NCBI RefSeq assembly: GCF_009834535.1
Contig: NC_045697.1
Span: 74,774,001-74,838,000, forward strand
Origin: Camelus ferus
Taxonomy: Eukaryota
Direction: 5' to 3'
DNA: 64,000 nucleotides
The notes beneath the pieces were generated by a model that had not been told where the DNA came from, made no database searches, and saw only the letters and a list, made by a program, of their open reading frames with translations. The translations under genes were made by a program, and so were the position numbers. How positions within the stretch are numbered: the stretch's first letter is position 1; each line of letters begins with the position of its first letter. Of this stretch, positions 1 to 13,730 are shown one piece after another.

Positions 1-365
1 CTTTATTACCTGCAGTAGTAGTTTGCTCATTTTCATTATGGTATAATATTCCATTGTGTAAATATACTACAATTTCCTTATCCAATGTACTATTAATGGA
101 CATTTGGGTAATTTCCAGTTTTTAGCTTTTATGAATAGTACTGCTGTGAACATTCTTGTACATTCAAGTCTTTTAATGTACAAATATATATATTTCTGTT
201 GGATACACTTAGGAGTGTGATTACTGTGTCATAAGATTTGCCTTAGAATCTTGAATCCTATATGTTATTTTTAGCTGCTGAACAGTTTTCCCAAGTGGAA
301 ATACCAAGTACAGTCTCACTGACAGCATATGGGAATTCTGATGGTCCATAGCCATGCTAACAGGC
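1..365 (-). mobile_element. Old L1 (L1M-type) ORF2-end/3' fragment, within the presumptive GIMD1 3' UTR
   Basis: Typical antisense L1 text: tattccattgtgta...ggacatttgggtaatttccagttttt...ctgctgtgaacattcttgtaca...ggatacacttaggagtg. Confidence 0.8.
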
Positions 366-424
366 ATTTTTGAAACTGGGTTGCTGACTGTAAAACCCAA
401 TGCCCTTTTCCTTTTACCTAAATT

Positions 425-724
<300 letters not shown>

Positions 725-1669
725 CTATATTTCTCAAAAAATGAGCAAAGAAGTTACTATGTTTTAACATAGTCAACAGATATATACCTCATTATGGTTC
801 TAAAAGCTGATATATATAATGGAAAGTGAAGATGGGGTCAAATAATGTAAGCAAATGGAGAGAGGTGGGTGGACTTTCTTTAAAAAAGGGTTTAGGTTGC
901 CATTTTATTTTTGCTGTTATAACTCATGTATATACAACTACAAAACTGCATTATATCAATGGTGCATATGATATAATTACATTTATAACATTCAGCAATC
1001 ATTTATACTTGCCTGTCAACCTGAATCTGTTAGACCACTGAATTCCTTTAAGTCAGAAGACCTTGCCCAAGGGAAACGTCATGTCTTTTTTTGTAGGGAT
1101 GGTGTCATCATCACTAAAAGCATTTTCTAACAATTTGTAATTACATAATCTGGTTAGTCTATTGATTAGTCAGATGACATGGAAATGCCAGGATCAAAAT
1201 ACATTTGGTAATTTGGAACAACTACAGAATATTACTGTGATTTGTGTCCTGATCACATGCCTAGAATCAAACCCAATTTATCCAATGACTTCCTCTAATG
1301 TAGGTGAAAAACACTAAAGACTGGTATTCCTTTGTTTAGTAATATGTAGAAGTTGGTTATGTAATAAATTCTTGTTTGATTAGTGAAAATAAGCTGACAT
1401 AAAGCAGAAGTAATAGCATGTGACAGATTGTTCACACAATGTGGAAGGCACCTAGAAATAACCAGTTAACTTTTTTGAATATTTCCAAAGTTATATGAAA
1501 TCATGACAATGGGACAATAAAATTCCCTCCATTCCAAACACTTCCATGATAAAAATATTTCTAAAACTGCTACCAGTTCATAATAGCAAGAAAAGTACAA
1601 AACACTTAGTAGTAAACATAACAAGAAATATTCAGAACCTCTAATAACTAGAAGAAAAAAGAGAGAACA

Positions 1670-1810
1670 ACTCACATTTAGTGCTGGCTATTATGCTACT
1701 CACTTTACGTGCTTCATCTCTTTTGAAGATCAACATGATGATTTGTGGGAGATACTAATATTATCTCCACTATGATATGGAAAAACTGATGCATAAGTTG
1801 ACCACAAACC
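1670..1810 (-). mobile_element. MIR SINE fragment
   Basis: Degenerate MIR core: cactttacgtgcttcatctc...atattatctccac...ggaaaaactgatgc. Confidence 0.55.
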
Positions 1811-1929
1811 CACAGAGTATTAGCACAAACTCTAGTTTATAAAAATCTTGAAAAAATTGAAAAACAGTTTGGGAACTGGTTTGAATGTATATAACAAATG
1901 TAGGATTCATATTTATAATACTGAACAAC

Positions 1930-2012
1930 TGAAAAAAAGATGGAAGAAGAGAAAAGGGAAAAGAAAGAAAAATGAAGGAAGGAAGCAGGAGGGAGGGAGG
2001 GAGGAAGGAGAA
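1930..2012 (+). repeat. Purine-rich (GA) low-complexity tract
   Basis: gaaaaaaagatggaagaagagaaaagggaaaagaaag...ggagggaggaaggag. Confidence 0.75.
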
Positions 2013-2100
2013 TCAGGACATAGACATCTAATGTGAAAATATGGTAACTGTGGGACAATGTATTTAAAATTAGAAACATTTCAAAACCATAGTAACCAGT

Positions 2101-2168
2101 ATAACTCTTAATACATTACATTATATATTACATTATACATCTTAATACATTACATTATAACTCTTAAT
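2101..2168. repeat. Short AT-rich tandem duplication
   Basis: tcttaatacattacattat occurs twice (~2106 and ~2140), with extra ttaca units. Confidence 0.75.
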
Positions 2169-2917
2169 TTTACCAGAACTCTTTATTTTCACATTCTCTT
2201 GACCATGACCTCTTTGAAGGCAAAGTCTATGTCTTTCTATATTAATCAAAAGCACTAGCACATTGTAAACTCTCAATAAATATCTGTTTAATTTGGAATT
2301 GAGACCCTGAGCATCATCTTAAATGGGGGTTTAGGGTTTTATTTAATAGTTTTAAGTCTTCAATTTTGAAATTTAATCTTTGAGACACAAAAATTGTACT
2401 TCCCTGTAAAACTCTTTTCTATAGTTCATTATCATGGATTTGCTTGTAGTCTGCAATTACTATTTTGTACTCAGAGGGACTCTCTCAAGGTATAGGTCCA
2501 AAACTTTTCCTTATATCTGTTCAAAATTTGTCTACGCCATAGAATAATTGTATATTTCTAGTTCCCCTAAAAATGCCCTGCTTCAAGAAAATCTGAATTG
2601 ACATTTCAAGATCAACACATTAGGGAATAATAATTTTAGCAGAAAGATTCTAAACTTTACAATATAATTTTTCAAAGAGGTACTTTAATTGGCACATATT
2701 ATGTGCCTTTAAAACACAAATTAGCATAATCTTAACCCAACTTTAAAGAACATTGCTCTTGTGTAAATCTAAGTATATGTGCAATGTCAACATCACATTT
2801 TAGCTAATAGTGATATAGCAAAATTAGCAGACCTCTTCAGAGTTTGTCATATGTGTTGTTTACTGTAACACATCTCTCATGGGAGAGAAGTCAGAGAACT
2901 GCAAAATAAATAAATGA

Positions 2918-3312
2918 TGCTGTGGTTTGAATTGTATCCCCTTTCTCCAAATTGATAAGTACATCCTAACCTTCAGTACTTCAGAAGTGATTTTATTTGG
3001 AAATATGGTTATTGCAGATGCAATTGATTAAGATCATTAGGGTGAGGCTCTAATCCAGTATATCCTTATAAAACAGAAATTTGGACAAAGACATGAATAC
3101 AGGGAGAATACCAGGTGAGCATAAAGACAGCCATCCATAAGCCAAGGAGAGAATCCTTAGACAGATCTTTCACTCACAGCCCTGAGAAGGAACTAACCCT
3201 GCTAACTTCTATTTTAGACATCTAACCTCCAAAACTGAGAGATGATAAGTTTATATTGCTTAAGCCACCCAGTTAGTGGTACTTTGTTATGGCAGCACTA
3301 GCAAATTGATCC
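2918..3312 (+). mobile_element. MaLR solo LTR (MLT1A/MLT1B-like)
   Basis: Starts tgctgtggtttgaattgtatccc, contains ttatttggaaata...aagccaaggagaga, ends ttaagccacccagttagtggtactttgttatggcagcactagcaaa. Confidence 0.88.
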
Positions 3313-3349
3313 AAATTGTTGAAAAATTTGTGAAGTGCTAAATATATCA

Positions 3350-3480
3350 GATCTAGGTTCTGGGAATAAGATTTCTGGGTCATTTACATCAGAATCACTC
3401 TAGATACTTGCTAAAAATGCATCAAAATCTTTAGGGATGGAGCCTCATAATGTGAATTTTAGACAGCACCCTCGATGATT
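3350..3480. mobile_element. MER5-like hAT-Charlie MITE fragment
   Basis: catcagaatcac...ttgctaaaaatgca...gggatggagcct...gaattttagacagcaccctcgatgatt. Confidence 0.6.
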
Positions 3481-3484
3481 TACT

Positions 3485-3770
3485 CCTGCAAATACTTATT
3501 GAGGGTCTACTTAGTTCCAGGGACAAGGAATGGAACAAAACGGATACCTTTCCTGCTCATATCTAGAAGAGCTTCTTGTTTACTATCTAAACTTAATGCT
3601 AAGGAAGAGAGACAGACAGGAAAATAAGACTTAATTTGTTGTAATCACAAGTGTTGTGATAGAAAATGTATTGGCACTATAGAGGCAGGTGTTTAGCTCA
3701 GTTTTGGGTGGTGGGGTGGAAAGTGAGGGTAAAGGGGAGGGGTCAGGAAAAGTTCCATGTGTGAGTTTAT
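3485..3770 (-). mobile_element. L2 3' fragment
   Basis: caaatacttattgagggtctact...ccagggac...cctgctc, antisense L2 tail pattern. Confidence 0.55.
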
Positions 3771-5134
3771 GCCTTAAGCATAGGAATTAACAAGGGAGTT
3801 ATCAGGCAATAAAGATATACCAAGTAAAGAAAGTGAGCATTATTGGGAATTGTATAGTATTGGAATTTATTTCTATACAACTGTTGATTCTTTAGCACTC
3901 CTGTCTCTGAAAGTTTCTCATATTTAGAGCCAGACCTGATCCTCACCCAGTACATTATTGATGTGTTCACATTGATTGTCATAATCTTGAAATGTTTAAT
4001 ACAGGTTAATAAATAGCTACTACCCTTAACCCCTTGATCTACCCCCATACCTACTCCCTGGGTATTTGTTGATTGATGCATGAGCTATACTTGATTTTAA
4101 ATATTTTAAAAACATCACCATAAAAAATCATGCTAAATAAACTGGCTCAAATGGTTCTCTCCTGGGTTATATATTATAACATGGAATTCTTCTCTTGCTA
4201 GGTTAGTGCTTATTACATTAAGTGGTATAACATTCACAGTGTGTTTTTATTTCCTAGCTTTCTGTATTGTAACATTAACGTGTTCCCTCTTTGTCTTCAC
4301 CAGACATTTCCTATACTTTAAACCATAATATCATTCAGGAAAAATGAGTTAAAGCACCTAAGGATAATAGATTTGTAAGCTCGACACTGCTTACGAGTCC
4401 ATGTGTTCAGCCACTGGGAAATTTTTACATGTTGATAATTATTTATGAAAGGATGCTCATGTCCTAAACTGTGAGAGAAATTGCACTTCTGAATTACTGC
4501 CAAAAATAGAAGAAAATGGTTGATTTAGCTTATATTCTTTAGATTGATTTTTGGCCGGAAAATAGTTGAATATTTGAAAGTAGTGTTGCTTGGTGTATAG
4601 TCATCATGTTAGTGGCCAAACATGTTCTCTATGGACCCAGAGAAAGAATATCCATGCTTGATTGATACCTCACATAAAAATCCAAAAGCAAGATAAGTTA
4701 ATGTAAGTTATCTGGTGTTAATAATTTAAATATAGTACTAAGCTAGATGGAAATTTTACAATCAATCATGACTTGTTTGCTTTCAAAGTGCTAATGGGTA
4801 TGAGTCCATCTAGTCCTTTTGGGACAACTAGTTAGGATATAAACTTTGTTTTCCAGGAATTATGTTCATTTTCCCAGGACCTCACCAGCCCTGCCCCATT
4901 TGTTTGTGGTTGATGAAATCATAGCATCTGGACTTTTTAGGGGGAAACTTTAAAAAAAGCCAACTATTACATCAACTGAGAAAAAAATTATCATGGATCA
5001 GGAGGACAATAAGGACCATTCTTTATATTTTATTCTATTCCCTAACTCTCTTCCCACTTAAAGCACCACATTTTCCTTCTTAGAGAGCCAAAGCAGAATG
5101 ATAAGACCTCATTAGATCAGATTTAGAGAATATT

Positions 5135-5295
5135 CAACCTTAGAGATCATCTATCCAAATTGCCTTATTTTACAGATGAGGGTATTAAGGTCTTGTGATG
5201 TTAAATGGCTTGGCCAAAGCCACAGAGCTGATTATTGGCAGACCTGGGCCTGTAACAGAGATCCCCTGACTGCCAGGCCCATGTCCTTCTCACTA
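5135..5295 (-). mobile_element. MIR/MIR3 SINE
   Basis: ccttagagatcatcta...ttattttacagatgagg...aaatggcttggccaaagccacagagctg. Confidence 0.8.
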
Positions 5296-5514
5296 AATTG
5301 GGGCTTCTCAGTTTAACATCACTAAGCCAGTGAATTTTCTTCCCAGATTGTTTTCTGAATTAAGAAGGAAGTTCTTATAATTATAAATCAAGGCTGTGTA
5401 AATTTGATTTACTCTTACTTTTTTGTGATGCCTATCAAGATAGTTCCAAAGAAGGCTATAAGTAATATGTCTCAATTTTAGAGTAAGTCAGATACTAACA
5501 ACAAAGTCATACTG

Positions 5515-5755
5515 ACCATAAGTTAACATTTATTATGCACCTGTCATGTACCTATGTCTGAGTTAATTTACTATTATGTTAACATGACATTAATCCCCAA
5601 AGTAACCAAGTAAAGTAGACACTATTATCTTTCCCAATTTACCAATGAAAAGATTGAAGTTGGAGGAGTTAACTTGCCCAAGGTTACAAAACAAATAGCT
5701 AAGTAGGAACTTAAACAGGTATAATTTACTCCAGAAACCATGTTCTTAATCTCTA
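5515..5755 (-). mobile_element. MIR SINE
   Basis: taacatttattatgcacctgtcatgtacc...ccaattttaccaatgaaa...taacttgcccaaggttaca. Confidence 0.75.
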
Positions 5756-5829
5756 TAATAAGTTGCTCATATCTAGTAATTCATTTAAATAGGTACTCAT
5801 AACAATCTGGGTAGTGATGATGACAATAA

Positions 5830-6010
5830 AAACAATAATAGTAATGGCAGTTTTCTTCAAACCTACTGTGAATCTGTTCTAAGTCAGGCACAATGCCAAG
5901 CACATTGCATTTATTAAATATAACCCTCAGAACTCTTTAACATAGGTAAATTATCCCCATTTTATAAGTAAGGAACTGCAGCCAAGAAAGTCTTAGTAAC
6001 ATAGTCATAT
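5830..6010 (-). mobile_element. MIR SINE fragment
   Basis: gtcaggcacaatgccaagcac...ttatccccattttataagtaaggaactg. Confidence 0.65.
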
Positions 6011-8734
6011 ACCTAGAATTGTAACAGGCTTATTTTTCAACTAAATTATATTGAATAGCTAAGTTCGCGATCTTTGTTTGGTATGTTCAGGCCCTGCGTT
6101 GGCCTTTCTGAACCTTTTATGTGCATACCTACCTATAACATCAACAGTCGAATTGTTCATTCAAAATCAAAAATACATGCTTGAAGCCTGATTGTTTACA
6201 GCAATAATATGCACATGATACCATGATTGTGGGAAAAATTTAGTCAGTTCCTGGATTCAATTCCTAGTGCAGTTTGGCTGCATGCTAGCACTTTCTTTAA
6301 GGTGACTTTATCATAGATGCTCTGATTCATTATTTGGGGATTTTTAAAATAATATTCAAATGATAGGTAACTTTCAGATTTATTCCCCAGTTTTGGAGAG
6401 ATGACTTGTATCTCCACCTTTTTGCTGTAAATTAATGAAGGCCTAACATAAATAAAGAAAAAGAGATAGTTTGAGGAAATGTTTCATTTGTCCCAGCTGG
6501 CAGCTTATAACCCCTCTATAAAATACCTTAGAGCACAAATTGGGAGATATTTAAGGAGACAGCAGAGAAGCACAGGAAAGAAGATGTCACTTCTCCAGCA
6601 GTTGACCTTGAAGGATTCCTTCAGTGAAAGGCATCAGTGCCCCCAGAAAGGGGGAAAGGAAAAAGGAGAAGGCAGATGTTCTCTTCCCTATTTCACATGA
6701 GCCAGGAAGAAAAAGAAATCCAGGGTGTGTCTGGAAACAGAGGACCTTAACAGCTAGCTCTTGCTCCTTCCTAACAGCTGCTGGTCCTGTTGAATATTCA
6801 GACATTCTGCAGCTGCTCCCAATCTGTGAGCACATCCAGATGGCTGCCACCAGTATCTGAGGCACCTTCAGAAAAAAGGTCATAAACAGCCAGCCTGTGC
6901 TTAGGCAATCTTCACCCAGAGATCAAGGTGTAAGCCCAGAGTAGGACTGTGGTGCCTCTCGGGTCGTGGCCTCTCTGAGGATTACTAAATCTTGGCTGCT
7001 GAGTTCTCCTGGGAGAGAGAAGTTATTTATTCTCGAAAAAAATATCTGGATCCGAGTTTTGCCCTAGCCCATCTCCTCTCTGCGTTCAACTTCTGAATTG
7101 GACACTGACTTAAGGAAGGCAGCTGTAAAAGAAGAAGGCTGCACGCCAAATACCATTTAAAAGGATCAGAGACATGTATGAATCAAACTTACTTGTATAA
7201 AAAAACAGTGGATTAGAATATTGTTCTATATCCTAAAACTGGAAAAATCTATTTTCAAAATGTATGTCTTTTAAAATAATCCTCTTTGGCTGAGCATAGG
7301 ACCAGCAGAAAGAAAAATCTGGAGACATATGGAGAGAGTCAGGTTAGTTTTTGAGAAATATTTATGCACTTACTGAATTACATCCATCCGTAGCTTAAGC
7401 TAAATGTCTATTTAATAGCAGCTTTAAATGGATTTTTTAAACGTTTTAAAAATTACACTGACAGCATGGTTGTAGGCCTTTGCCCCCCACTTGATTTCTA
7501 TGAAAAATGTTGTTTGAAATTCAGGCTTTAATAGATTGGGGGAGGTTTATGGTCTTTCTTAGATTTCACATTGTTTCTTAATTGCAATCATCTTCTCTTC
7601 TTTGCTTTTGTACAGCATGTCCTTGATTTTTCAGGAGTTGGATGATGAGGATTTTTTTTATACTCTTGTCACCCTAATTTTTTCCACTAGTTTCTTGTGA
7701 TTACACATATGGCTTTTTTTTTTTTTTTCATTTTTAGAAACATACACAGTCACTGAAAACAAAATGTGTCTGTCATTTAGGACAATCTTATGGCTTTACT
7801 AAAGGAAAATATTTTTCTTTAAAGCAGAATATACTATCTTTCTAAGTATAATAGATTCTACATCAACATAATCAGAGGTTGGATCAAAAGAAGAGTAACA
7901 TTTATACAAATTCATTTTGGATGAAAAATGTCTGCTCTGTTCTTCATGTAACTTAACCATGGAGCTTCTAGTAGAGATAAGTTCTCTTAGATCAGTGACA
8001 TAATGAGATGACTGAGTAATACTAGTGAAGTCTAGCAGTTAAATTTGGGTGGCCCCAGACTGGAGAATCAAGAAACTGAATAGATTGGAGCAGCTTAATC
8101 AGCGGCTTCCAGGAACTTTTGGTCCTACATGGGCCTTATTCGTATATGTATGTGTACTGAGTGCAGCTGCTATTCCCTCCGTGTCCTAGCTGCTTTCATA
8201 CTCAGGACCTTTCCCCTCTGCCCAGCTCCTCTCCAAGACTGATTAAATAAGCTTCCAACTTAGTGACTTAAAATAAATGAACAAACAAACAGGGATGAAC
8301 TACGGGGCAAAGGTGAGCATGTGATATTTTTGCTCACTCTAAGTTCCCTGCAATCTTCTCATGGCTGGGATAGAGCAGTTTGTGAACCCACAGATAATGA
8401 GGCAAGCAGAGCTTCTGAAATTCCTGATTTCTTTCCTATAAGTAAAATATAAATCTCCCCTGAATGTTTACCATGGTTTAAGTCTCAGCGATGCCTCCTT
8501 TCCCCCTAGTCATACATAATACTATTTTGGCAGTTAATGCATTGTCTTATACTTACTTATCTATTTGTCTCTTCTAGAATGTGAGCTTTTGGAGGGCAGG
8601 GCTCATATATTATTCACCAGTCATTTGTCTCTGTGCAGGATTCTGTTCAATGACTGAATCAGTGTGTAAACCCCCATTTGTTGGTGAACTGTAAGAGATT
8701 ATCCCTTGATGTTGAATGGATGAAAGTCAGGATT

Positions 8735-8910
8735 TTAGTTCAGTTGTTCTAAAGCTCGACTGTTTTACAGAAATATATGGGGATTTTGTGCAAATACAAA
8801 TATGCTAGCTCCACTCATGAGATTCTGTTTCAGCAGGGCCTGGATGAAATTGCATTTTTAACAAGCAGCTCAGTTGATTCTGATGTAGATAGCCTCAGAC
8901 CACATTTACA
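8735..8910. mobile_element. MER5A-like hAT MITE
   Basis: cagttgttctaaag...gagattctgtttcagcaggg...tgcatttttaacaagc...ttgattctgatg...gaccacattt. Confidence 0.7.
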
Positions 8911-8969
8911 AACTTAATCAGATTCACAGTTCCTAGGGGTTTGAGACTTAGTTAACCTCTAAAGTTCAG

Positions 8970-8972
<3 letters not shown>

Positions 8973-9010
<38 letters not shown>

Positions 9011-9022
9011 CTCTCGCTCTCT
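8973..9022 (+). repeat. (CT)n microsatellite in the GIMD1 intron
   Basis: Direct reading; explains the RERERE run in ORF 8952..9215. Confidence 0.95.
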
Positions 9023-9233
9023 TTGTTTTTTTTTCTTCTATGACCCAGTTGTAAAATGACTGACTGAATTTCTTAAAGGAAATTGTAAAAATAACTCCTG
9101 GTGGGAAAATCAAGGATTTTTGCCAGTTATTTCTGTGTGATTGCTTTTTAAAAATGAATTGTTTCAAACGTTCTTTAAACCAGTCTTTGAACCAGTTTTC
9201 CATAGTTCTTTCCAATTAAGACAATATCCTTCA

Positions 9234-9701
<468 letters not shown>

Positions 9702-10933
9702 TCAGGCTTCTACACTCACCGACAATGTAAGTCTTCTTACCTGGCCTTGAGCACTCCAGGTATGGCCTTTGATATGCTTCCCCCTCATTCTTGGTGCCTA
9801 AAGCATGGAGGAACACTCCACTCAAGTGGGGATCCCCCAGTGAAAGAGGGAAAATGGAAATAATATTAGTTTGCAGTGAAAGGAGAGAGAAATCAAATAC
9901 AGATAAGAAAAGGGAGGAGGAAGCAATCATTGCAGGAAAATGAGAAAAAAAATCACATGAAGATAATGTAAACCATATTTAGGAGGAATATGTCAACTCA
10001 TCAATGTGATAGGTGAGTTGGTTTAGGAATGGGTGCTGCTGTTCCTCAGTTCAGGAACAAAGGTAGCAGCAGTGTTTGAAAATTATGCATTCCTGGAGGA
10101 GAAGCAGGAACAGTACAGTGGAAAAAACAGTCCCTTTTGTATTTTAAACAACCCCCAGCCTCCACACCCCTTGAATACACAAGTGGCATCTGCAAAAACC
10201 ATCTTTCCTGACTTCCTGAATGCTTCTCTCCTGTGAAAGATGAATAATATTAAAGGAAGACTTCTGTTTCTGTTTACTCATTTTTTTTTAACAATAAGGC
10301 AACATTCTGATGAAAATGAGAACTACTTGCAATTTCTGTTATGAAATAACATGGTTCACCATAGTAAAACATTGACTCTTTAATGAAGAAAAGTGAAGCC
10401 CAGCTATACTGTGCAGTTCAGTTAGGAGGGAGGAGAACCTTGGGAGACTCTATTCCCTTTACAACACCCCTGCAATGTAGTTAATTTTTTGTACAGAAAT
10501 AACCCCTTTATAGCATTTTAAGGTTGTCAGTAATTTTCATTAGATCAATAAGGCAGAGCTACTGGCCAATTGCCAAATGTACTCAATCTGCTGTTTCAAA
10601 AATAAAGATATTTAATAGCCATATATATTATTTTTTGCTTATAACTTATACTTTTACTGTAAAGGTTTATGTACCTCTGGACTTTCTTGTCCTCTAAGGC
10701 CCTAACTACAATCTTTCCAGACCCTAATATGAGTATCTTGAAGGAAACTCACACCCTCATTTAAAAGATTTTCATTTTAGGGGTCCCTGAAGGTGACCCC
10801 GGATCTCCCAGCTCATTTGCTGTATTAGCTGCACCATAGTCACTCAGATTCCTTTTTACTCCTGAATTAAACAATGATTTTTTTTTCAAGAATTAATTAT
10901 AGAACCCCAACCGATTTGCTGTGTTTCACATAC

Positions 10934-11080
10934 CTTTTCCAGTCTTAAAAATGCTTTCTCTACAAAGGCTTCCCTCGAGCTGATATAGTTGTTCTTTGAT
11001 ATGAACTTCAACCTTCTGACAGTGTCTTTGTACCACTCTGAGACTGATACTGTATGTATTTTATTTAGTTAATCTATTAC
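10934..11080 (-). promoter_or_regulatory. Candidate GIMD1 non-coding first exon / proximal promoter
   Basis: The acceptor 2 nt before the ATG implies an upstream UTR exon. A strong donor AAG|GTATGT (10934/10933) lies ~1.26 kb upstream, followed by CTTTGAT (10994-11000), DR1-like AGGTTGaAGTTCA (minus, 11014-11002), TTTATT (11060-11065) and an HNF1 half-site GTTAAT (11068-11073). The TSS cannot be determined from sequence. Confidence 0.4.
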
Positions 11081-12631
11081 CAGAATCCTTTCTACAAATG
11101 GTTAGTTGTCTTCCTTTAATCAACGCTGACTTTTTTATGACAGACGTGTAATTTCAATAATTACTTCCTGAAACTTCCTTTTTCAAATTAACTTCTTTGT
11201 TTTAGGGCGTTGCTAATAGGTAACAATTTATCTTATAGCCTAAAGAAATGCAAGATTGGCAAGTGTAAATAGAAATTAGACATTTGAAAACAATAGTCAT
11301 AATTTTTCCATTGTAGCTGACATATTAGTACTTCCTGAAAAAGTTTCAACAAATAGACATGTACATGCAATAAATATTGAGTTCATAACAGTATTTAGTT
11401 ATAAATTCAAAAACTCTAAGAAAACTCTTGGCTATTTCCATAGAATTGAGTTTTATTATTTTGATGTGATCACTAGCATAATTGTATCAGTACATTCAGT
11501 TTCCATATCAATTAATAATAGCGTCTTTCAGAAAAGGAGTACAATTAACTGTAATTTAAGGCCAAATACGTTTTGTTTAACATTGAGGTTTTGTTTTGTT
11601 ATTAAAAGCTTATATTTGATTTTTTCCTACTTCTTAGTATATAACCCATATTTTCCAATATACTTTCTGAGTGTGTAAGATGTAGAAACCTTCATATGGT
11701 TACATTCTGGTTCATATTCTCCTGTACCTCTCAAAAAGTCTGTGAAGTATGTCTTTCTGTGTGAAGGAATCTTGGAGACATCTGGAATGCCTTATGACTT
11801 CATGGGCAGAAAGTTAAAAAAATCTTCCTGTGTGGATATGAAAAGGAAAACACAAACGGGATTCATTCATCTGACAAGCACATTTGGCTTTCTTGAATGA
11901 AGCAGAAAGAACCTCCCCCAGGTGGCAGTAGCAGCCTGTTTCCTAAGAAGTGATTTTGAACCAGAATTTATTTTCATTTTCTTCCTCAAACCATAAATTG
12001 ACATTCTTCAACTAGGCAGTTCACATCAACACATATTAATTGTGTGGAAGATCTTTTGAATAAAGGCACAACTAAGCCTTCTTTGTCCATTATAGAAAGT
12101 GACAAGTGTAGAAGGTCCTTAGTTTTCAAAGCATTCTCTTTGAAATCATAGTTTAAATCATTTGCTGAATGCAACAGTTGATGGTTTAAAAAATAAGGTT
12201 CAGAGTTCACAGGTTTGGTGAAAATTTCCAGAGAGACTGTAGAATCTAAAAATAATTTTCAACAGGTTTAATGAAAGTTTTAGATCTGAGTTAATTTAGC
12301 GATCCTATAGAAGGGTAATGTATTGATATTAGATAATGTTTAATGATTGATACTCATTCTTTTAGAATCAGGGTGAAAAAACAACTTGAAATATTACTTT
12401 CACTCCTTTGAGTAACTTGGCTAAACACAGTGTAGCAGGGATAACTTTAACAGCTGGCTTTAGAATTTTTCTGAGAAAGGAAACTGTCTTTGAGAAAATA
12501 GTTTGATTAGCTACTTGAGGTAGAAACAGGGATCCTGAGAGCATGAGCCAAGCTCATTAACAATGGTAGCCAAACTGCTGGGGATGAGGGAAGATCCAAG
12601 AAAGGAGTAGAGAAGAGCAGGATCTATACAG

Positions 12632-12710
12632 GATGAGGGAGGGAGGGAGGGAAAAAGGGAGAGAGGGATAGAAAAGAGGGAAGAGGAGGAAGAGAAGAGG
12701 AGGAGGAGAG
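12632..12710 (+). repeat. Polypurine (G/A) tract
   Basis: gagggagggagggagggaaaaagggagagaggg...gaagaggaggaggagag. Confidence 0.8.
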
Positions 12711-13212
12711 TATAAGAACTATAACATTAGAACATGAGAGGAAGCTGAATCTCCCCCATGTGGAAATGGCTAAGGGACCACGTTAGAGCAGAGATAGCTA
12801 ATGTTCAGTTTTAATTTTTCACATTTCTGGGATGTAAAGCCAGCCATTTCACAATTACCTTGTATGAAGGTGGATTTTTATTTGCACTTTGGTTTTGGTC
12901 ATTGTTAACATTTTGCTTTATTTTATTTTATTTTATTTTAATGGTAATTAAAATTTGATGGGAAAGGCCTGAGGTCCACCCAAGGTTAGCAAAGGACAAG
13001 GACCACAAAAGTTGGAGATTATAAAATGACATCTGATCTGAATCAGGAGAGGCAGGAGTTTGCAGCAAGAAGGACACTATTCTCTAGGAGCTTTCACTAC
13101 TCTTTGGGAGGACCTTGAACTTGCCATAATTTATGACATGAGAAATTATGTGCTAAGAGTTACTCTAGCTGACATAGTAACAATTATATTTTAAATTACA
13201 CACACACACACA

Positions 13213-13607
13213 CAGTTTTAGTTTGCCAGGGCTGCCATAACAGTGCCATAGGCTGAGTGGTTTAAACACCAGAATTTAATTCCCTCACTGTTCTGGAGGC
13301 TAGAAGTCTGAGAACAATGTGTCATTGGGGTTGGTTTCTTCAGAGGCCTCTCTCCTTGGCTTGTTAATGGCTGTCTTCTCCCCATGTCTTCACATGGTCT
13401 TCCTTTGCTATGTCTGTATCCAAGTTTCCTCTTTTTATAAGGACATCAGTCATGGTGGGTTAGGGCCCACCATAATGAACTCATTTTAACATAATTATCT
13501 CGTTAAAGGCCCTATCTCCAAATACAGTCACACTATAAGGTTCTAGGTGTTAGGACTTTAATATTTGAAATTTGGTGTGTGGGGAGTGCATAATTCAATC
13601 CGTAATA
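13213..13607 (-). mobile_element. MaLR solo LTR (MLT1B-like)
   Basis: agtttgccagggctgccataaca...ttctggaggctagaagtctgag...ctctccttggcttg...tataaggacatcagtcat...ctccaaatacagtcaca...aattcaatccgtaata; preceded by (CA)n at 13198-13214. Confidence 0.9.
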
Positions 13608-13730
13608 CACACATTAATATATATTATATTATATATTTATAATAATTATATAAATTATATGTCTCACACACGTATTAATGTTTATGTATATGTGTACACA
13701 TTATAATTATATAAATTATATGTCTCTATA
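13608..13730. repeat. AT-rich low complexity with a 24-bp direct repeat
   Basis: ataattatataaattatatgtctc occurs at ~13643 and ~13703. Confidence 0.8.
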
